Shown in pieces: positions 56,794-64,000 of a stretch of 64,000 nucleotides of DNA. The notes beneath the pieces were generated by a model. The model was not told the DNA's origin. It searched no databases and saw nothing but the letters and a program-made list of their open reading frames with translations. How positions within the stretch are numbered: position 1 is the first letter of the stretch; each line of letters starts with the position of its first letter. The position numbers and the translations under genes were made by a program. This DNA comes from the human T2T-CHM13v2.0 reference genome, Homo sapiens: NCBI RefSeq assembly GCF_009914755.1, contig NC_060944.1; one strand, given 5' to 3'.

Positions 56794-57639
56794 CCATCTC
56801 TGTATGATCCTAGGCAAGTGACCTCACCCTCTCTGGGCCTCAGTTTCCTCATCTGCAAAACTGCAAGGCTGTAAATGAAACAGGATGTGTAACAGCCTCA
56901 CCCAGAAAGTGGGAAGCAGCGTGTTCTGTGCCCTTTCAGGTTCATGGAGGGATTTCACAGCAGGGCAATGGGAGGTGCTGTCATGTATTTTTGAGACACC
57001 AATCTGTTTTTTCAATCTTCGGAGGGATTGCTTGGAGAAGAGAGTGAACAGCAACTTCTAGCTCCAACTTACAGCCATCCCAGTTACTCCCAACTGCCTT
57101 CAGAGTGCACAGACCAATGTCCAGGGCAAGGGACCACTTGGTCAAAATAAATTCAGTCACTTATTTCAAGTCCCAGGAAGGATCTCAGGCAGTGTGTTCA
57201 AGATGATATGCTGTAACTGTTCCTCTGCAAAAAGTAGGGAAATACTAAGATTCTAAAACAGAATGTTTAAAAATAACCTCACTAATTACTGGGGCCTGCT
57301 CAGGTGCCAGGCAGTGAGCCAAGTGTCTCAACATATTTTATAGATGAGGAAACCAAGGTTCAGAGAGGGAAAGCTTCTTGCCCAAGGTCACACAGCTGCT
57401 GAGGCGCAGAGATAAGATTCAGACCCAGACAATCTGGCTAGGCCCCTGGCACTTGAGCACAATGCCACACTGTAAAAAATTCTCCTGTGCAAAATCCCCC
57501 AGCTCACATACCCACATAGTCAAAAGACACCAGACCATCTTAGTCCCCAGAAGTCTGCACAAAAATGCTTAGCAATTATATAATTCAAAACAATCACATC
57601 ATGTAATAAAACATAGGCACATATAGAAGCAATTTTTTT

Positions 57640-58400
57640 CATTCAAAAAATACTTAATGAGCATCTACTATGTAGCAGGCATTGTTGGTGCTGGAGATCA
57701 AAATCTCTATCCTCTTGGCATGCCTGTGACATTCCAGCGAGGGAGGCAGACAATAAGTAATAAATAAGTAAAATGTCCAGTGTGTTAGCTAGTGGGAAAA
57801 AAACAACGCAAGCAAAGGAAGAAATGGTGAGGTGGGGATGTGCGGTGTCAGAAAAGACCCAGTCAAGAACATGATTTTGAGCAAAGGCCTGAAGGAGGTG
57901 GAGGGCTGAGCCACGGGGACACTGGGAGGTGGGAGGGAGCGCATTCCAGACAGCACAGGTGCAAGGGCCCTGAGGCAGGTGCGTGCTTGGTGCATTTGAG
58001 AAAAGGCAAATGCGCTTGGAGGAAGTGGGCGAGGGGGTAAGAGCTACCCAGAAGATTCTGGAACTGGATAATGGGGATGACTGCATAACTTGGTGAATAT
58101 ACTCAAAACCACCGAATCGTACAGTTTGAAAGGGTGAGGTTTATGATTTGTGAATTCACATCTCAGTTTTTAAAACTTTATGGGGAAAAAGGAGTAATGA
58201 AAGAGGAGCTGAGAGAGCCAAGAGGGGCAGGTCTTGTGCGACATTCCAGGCCAGACTAAGGACTGCTTTTATGCTAAGTGAGATGTAACTGTAACTGATT
58301 AGGGTCTCACTGGATCCCTCTGACTGCGTAAGGAGAACAGAATGCGGGAGGCCAGGGCGAGATCAAAAGAGTCAACTGCAACGGCCCTGGCCATTCCCGG
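57640..58400 (-). mobile_element. L2 fragment interrupted by a short + L1 3' end (~58050-58190)
   Basis: cattcaaaaaatacttaatgagcatctactatgtagcaggcattg; gcaagggccctgaggcagg; L1 part gttgtgaatatactcaaaacc-like. Confidence 0.7.
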
Positions 58401-58959
58401 CTGCGCGTCCTCAGGTACGCCACTTCCCCTCTCTGCAGCTATTTTCCTCATGCAGGAAGTGGGCCTGAAAAATCCATCCCCCACAGGGCAGAGGTGAGAG
58501 CTAATAGACAGTAAAGTGCTGTTATGATGCCTATGCATGGAGGGTGGAGTACCGATCCCGCCAAACAGTTTTTAATTATGCAAATGAGTTTCCTGAACAG
58601 AAAACAAGGGGCACCTTCCTTTGTCTCAGGAAGCAGAGGTTCATCTCGCATCAACAGCCCTCCCAGCCCAGAGGCAGCTGCCTTCACAGCTCATCCACAT
58701 TCTGGCCACAGATGGGGGCCCAAACTCCTCTTTGGGTGTGGTTGGGTCCACTGGCCTCCTCCAGGAAGCCTGCCCTGGTTACTTGGTAACCCAGTACCCA
58801 CAGGAAAGCTGAAACCCAAAGAGAGGACAGAACCAGCCGTAGGTCACAGAGCAGCCTGGGAGCAGGCAGGGGATCTGCTGTGGGAGGGGACGGTACACCC
58901 ATTCCTCTCTGAGACCTTAGTAAGACCATTGCACAGTCTTGGTTTCCACGTCACCAACT

Positions 58960-59690
58960 GACCCATGCCATATCCAACTGAAAGCACTCTGGTGGCTCCT
59001 CACACCACCAGAAATAAAACCCAAACTGCTCACCATGCATCTGAGGCCCATGCGACCTGGACCCCACCAACATGCCAATCTCATCTCCCTTACTCTCCCC
59101 TCCAGCCACCCTGGCCTCTTACTGTTCCTCAAACAAGCCTGGCACAGTCCTGCCTCAGGGCCTTTGCATCTGCTGCTCCCACTGCCTGGAACACACTTTT
59201 CTCCACTCTTTCCACCAGGGCTCCTTCTCCTCCTTCAGGACTTGGTCAAATGTCATCTCCCTAGAAAAGCCTTCCTTGCCCATCCCATCTAAAGTAGATG
59301 CGACCATCCCTGTCACAAACATCACCTCATTTTATTTCCTTCTGTCTGAATCCACTCCCCAGCTGTGTGGACTTCAGCAAGTTACTCAGCCTCTCCCGGC
59401 TTTAGTTTCCCCATCTGCAAAATAGGTATAATGATGATATTGACCTCAGGGAGTTGCTGCAAGGGCTCAAGAAGCATGTGGCACAGTACCTGGAACAGAG
59501 CAAGGCCTCAGTGGGTGTCCTTATTATGACAACTCTGGTCCTTTTCTCAAGGGATTTCTTTTTGCGGTGTCTGAAGATTCCCTGAGGGCAGAGACCTTGT
59601 CTGTCTTGTTCCAGCCACATGCCAGCACCTAGCACAGTGCCTGGCACACAGTGGGTGCTGAATGGCCATTTATTGAATGAATAAGTCGAT
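58960..59690 (+). mobile_element. L2 3' fragment with an internal MIR (~59350-59530)
   Basis: cctgcctcagggcctttgcatctgctgctcccactgcctggaac...gcacctagcacagtgcctggcacacagt...ttgaatgaat. Confidence 0.75.
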
Positions 59691-60445
59691 TAGTGGATGA
59701 AAGCATCAACTGCCCACACCCTGACCCCGGCCTCGCTCCTCCTGAGAGATGCACAGAAGCCACCCACCCTCCCAGCAAGGGGGGAAGCACAAGACCCTGG
59801 GTCCTGACGGCCGATGGCCACCTGCCTGCACCAGCTTTCAGTGGCCCCAGTCCCGCCAGCCTGAAATAGTCTCGCCTCCCCTGGCCCAGAATCAAGGGAT
59901 CGTCTGTCAGTTCCATCCTGGGGAAGGAATCAGGCGGGTAAACACAGATTGAGTGTCTGACCACAAGACAAAAGAAGAGCAGACAGATTCCCTTCTGGTC
60001 CTCAAGGAGCCAAGAAAATAAAAATAAGCTCAAAAATCTACACAGGGCTGGAAGGCTGGAGGGCTCTGCTTCTTCCTTGGGACTTCCTCCGGGAGGAGGG
60101 GTGAGCCCGCACACAGTCACTGTACTCCCCAGAGTAACCCTAGGAGTGCTGGGGTCATCCCCATTTTGCAGATGGGGAAACCAGGACTCAGAGAGGCAAA
60201 GCAACATCCCCAAGGTCACACAGGGGAAGAGCTGGGATCTGAACCCAGGCAAGGTGGCTCGAGAGTCTGTGCTCTAAACCATGAACCGCAAGAGAGGGAG
60301 CCTCCCAGACACTCTGCTGGGTGAAAAGGGCAAACCGTATTATGCTACTTACATAAACACATCAATCTCACGTATTTCCACACAGGCATGCTAATGCCCC
60401 CACACGATCTGAGAGCACAGGTGGTAGTCAAAGGAGCTTTTAGCC

Positions 60446-60675
60446 CAGTGGTTCTCAACTGGGGGCTATTTTTCACACCCAACCACCTCTAGTGGATACC
60501 TGGAATATCTGGAGACATCTGTGGTTGTCACAACTGGGGAAGAGGGGTCCTACTGGCATCTGGTAGGTAGAGGCCAGCGATGCTGCTAAACATCTTACAA
60601 TGCACAGGACAGCACCCCCACAGCAAAGAATGGTCCAGCCCCGTATGTCGACAGTGCTGAAGGCTGAGAGACTAG
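60446..60675 (+). mobile_element. MER20
   Basis: cagtggttctcaactggggg...tctggagacatctgtggttgtcacaactgggg...gatgctgctaaacatcttacaatgcacaggacagc. Confidence 0.93.
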
Positions 60676-60700
60676 TGGGATTTGCTCCAGACCAACGCTA

Positions 60701-61143
<443 letters not shown>

Positions 61144-62164
61144 CTACTGCCCTTAACTGGTGCTCACCTCCCCTCTGGGGACGCAATTTATGTCACCTGC
61201 AAAACAAGGAGATTCAGACCGAATGACCCACCTGGCTTCTGTTCAAGATCTCCGAAACGCAGGGCAGGAATCAGCTCCGACCTGGCCCCATGTCTGGGGA
61301 ATGATGCTGTGGGACACAGCACACAGGTTTGAGGGGCAGCCCACCCTATCACCCACCTCCCTCCAGTATTCTAGCCAGCATGCCTGTGTCTGTTGGAAAA
61401 AAAGAAAAGCCCCAAAAATCTGGAGAGGTCAGGTTCTCCTGCAGCCAGGCATGACCTGCTTCAAACACTTAAACTCTTGCAAAACCTTTAAGGGAGAGCG
61501 GCTGTGAAGCAAATAGGATGTGGGTTTCTTTATTAAAGGGAGTGGCCCCAAGCCCAACAGGTCTTCAGCTCTCTGGCCTGATAAAGGAGTATCTTTCTCT
61601 CCAAGAAAGGGGTGCCCTGAAGTCTCAAAAGCCAGAGACACCAACCCCATTCGCGTCTTCTTAAAGTGACAGTTAAATTGCTACCAGGGCAAACACCAGA
61701 ATAAAAGTAGGTAGGCTTCCAGAAGGTTTGTCTGAAGAATGAGTTGTAGAATCCCCACAGGGTTGTCCTTCTTATAAGGACAACGACCTGTTGATGACTT
61801 CATTCTCGTGGCCCAGAACACTGCCCAGGATATACAGCAGATGCTCCATAAATACCTGCACACAGAGAAAAGCAGTCTCATATCTTCATGGTTTTATCTG
61901 TACAGAGCTCTCTGTCTGCCATACATTAAAAAAAATGTAACCCATCTAAATCCTGCTGACACTCAGTTTTTACCATCAAAAGATTTTCACTGACTTCCTG
62001 ATGATGATGAGCCCAACACAAGGTGGCCTGTTCCAGGCTCTCCGGCATCTGAAAACTGAAATAAGGTGGACTTTTTGACTTAATTCTTGCCCACCTGGGC
62101 AGCCCAGAGGTCTCACAGGGGCAGTAATTTTGCTCATGAACACAGCCTCATTTTGGTGCAATTC

Positions 62165-62395
62165 AGGATAGTGGTGAAGAATGTGGGCCATGCAGCCGCA
62201 TTACCTGGGTCCAAGTGCCAGTTCTGTCAGGCTGTGTGACCTTGGGAAACTGACTTGGCCTCTCTGTGTCTTTGTTTCATTTGTAAAACAGGAAGCATAA
62301 GAATACCTGCAACTTTTGAGTTAATGCTTAAGGAACTTATAAACAGGGCTTGCAAGTATATAAATATTAGCAAATTGTTACCATTATTACTGTTG
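62165..62395 (+). mobile_element. MIR
   Basis: gctgtgtgaccttgggaaactgacttggcctctctgtgtc...tgtaaaacagg. Confidence 0.7.
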
Positions 62396-64000
62396 CATTA
62401 ATCTAATAACCATGTTGAAAATACAATTCTTCCTGTCGGCTTCTTAAAAAATATATTCGCATACATATGCATAATTTTATATGAAAAGGGTATTATAAAC
62501 AGGATTTTACTTCCTTATCTTCCTGGTTGCCTTTCTGTAAAAGATACACATCCTTCCATCCTTTTCTCCAACCTAATGTCACCTTATACATATAACACAC
62601 GTGTATATTATGGTTATTGTTTATTTTCCAAAAGAACTGTGTTACATATACCTCTCAGCATCCTACTTTTCATATGAGGACCACGTGAAAATCCCCCCAA
62701 GTTACTGGGGAGGTCCCTCTGCCTCAATGACTGTGAAATCAAAGACCTGCCCCCACCCCAACCACCCGTGGCATTTCTCCCTAGTGTGAGACTAGGAGTA
62801 CAGAATCTTTTAAAACAGAAAAAAAAATAGTGACAACAAAAAACCACAGTTTCTTGTTTGGCAAGCGGAGCTCCAATGAGAAGAAAAACTTTTGTCTCCT
62901 CCCTCCAAAAAGCAGAACCACAGAAAGCATTCTGGGAGCTTTCTGCCCACAATCCCTGTTCCTCAGAGACTCCCATCCTGGTCGGTTCCGGGCAGACCCT
63001 CTGTGTCTCTATAGCTCTCTGTCCTCAGCCACGGGGAGACCTTCGAGGAGCTGCTGACCAACTCCCACCCACCGGCCTCTCTGCCCACCCACCCAGGCCC
63101 TCTCTTCTCTTTCGACCACTGCCCAGCTGACACACCCCATCATGGGAGTTACTGGCACCTGCCCCTGAGGTGCCTCCCCTTGGCAGGTGGGCCCAAGGTC
63201 TACTCAGCCTCCTCTAGGGGAGTGGGGGGCAAGCTTCACCACATCCCTGTGACGCAGGTGCTACACTGTGCCCGTTGGACAGATGTGGAAACTGAGGCAC
63301 AGAGCAAGTCAGTGATCAGCCCAAGGTCACCTACAGTCCAAGTGGAAGAAGCCTGGATTTGAACACCAGCAGCATGACTCCAGAGCCTCACTCAACCCTC
63401 GTGCCATGAACAGACCCGGAGCCCAGAGCAAGAACTCGGCAGCCTGCCATTTCTATCCGTCCACAGTTCTTCCCATTCTGTGGAGAAAAGAATGGGAGTC
63501 ACAGAGGGCAAGTAACAGGAGGAAGCGCAGGCGGAGGTGAAACATCACACAGACCTGGGTTCAAATCCCAGTTCTGCCACCTTAATAAATCATGTGCCAA
63601 GCCCTTCTTGGATCAGCCAAAGGCGGTCTATCAAGTGGCTGGGGACATGAGTTGTGGGGTCAGGCAGCCTAGGATCAAATCCTGGCAATGCTGTCCACCT
63701 GACCCAGAGCAGCTCACTTAGATTCACTTTGCCTCAGTTTCCTCACCTCTCAATGGGGATAAAAACAGCATCCCCTTCATAAAGAAAATTAAATGAGTTG
63801 ACACATGCAAAGTGCTTAGAATGGCAAGTGATGAATCAAAGTCAGTTCCTGCACAGCAATGACTGTCATTGTTTTCATCATGACTAACGCTGCCCAGAGC
63901 ACACGGGGAGTACCCCACATAGCCAGGGCCTCGAAATGATTCGAGCCAAGGTTCTGAGTCAAAACCCCAGGCACTGTTTCCCCCAAGACCGATCCAGCAT

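Overview
Primate (very likely human) non-coding genomic DNA, about 50% GC by eye and dominated by interspersed repeats. I count about 20 Alu/FLAM copies, many MIR and L2 fragments, old L1M pieces, about 10 MaLR LTR pieces (THE1, MST, MLT1) and DNA-transposon relics (MER20 x4, MER1A, MER5, MER81, MER102/103-like, a Tigger-like transposase remnant). I see no credible protein-coding exon, RNA gene, CpG island or CRISPR array; the listed ORFs are repeat-derived or chance ORFs. All LTR pieces that retain their 3' end, and most L1 and Alu copies, lie on +, which suggests a large intron of a gene transcribed on the - strand (host not identifiable from this window). The most interesting local structures are: (1) a 127-bp, 97%-identical inverted duplication 2.6 kb apart; (2) a 13 x 22-bp minisatellite born inside an L1 fragment, each unit carrying TEAD and Forkhead motifs; (3) a neighbouring E-box/CA compound VNTR; (4) a nested-hairpin TGACA cluster. 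I found no evidence for a new multi-gene system. Repeat subfamily names come from remembered consensus sequences and boundaries of old repeats are approximate; both need RepeatMasker confirmation.
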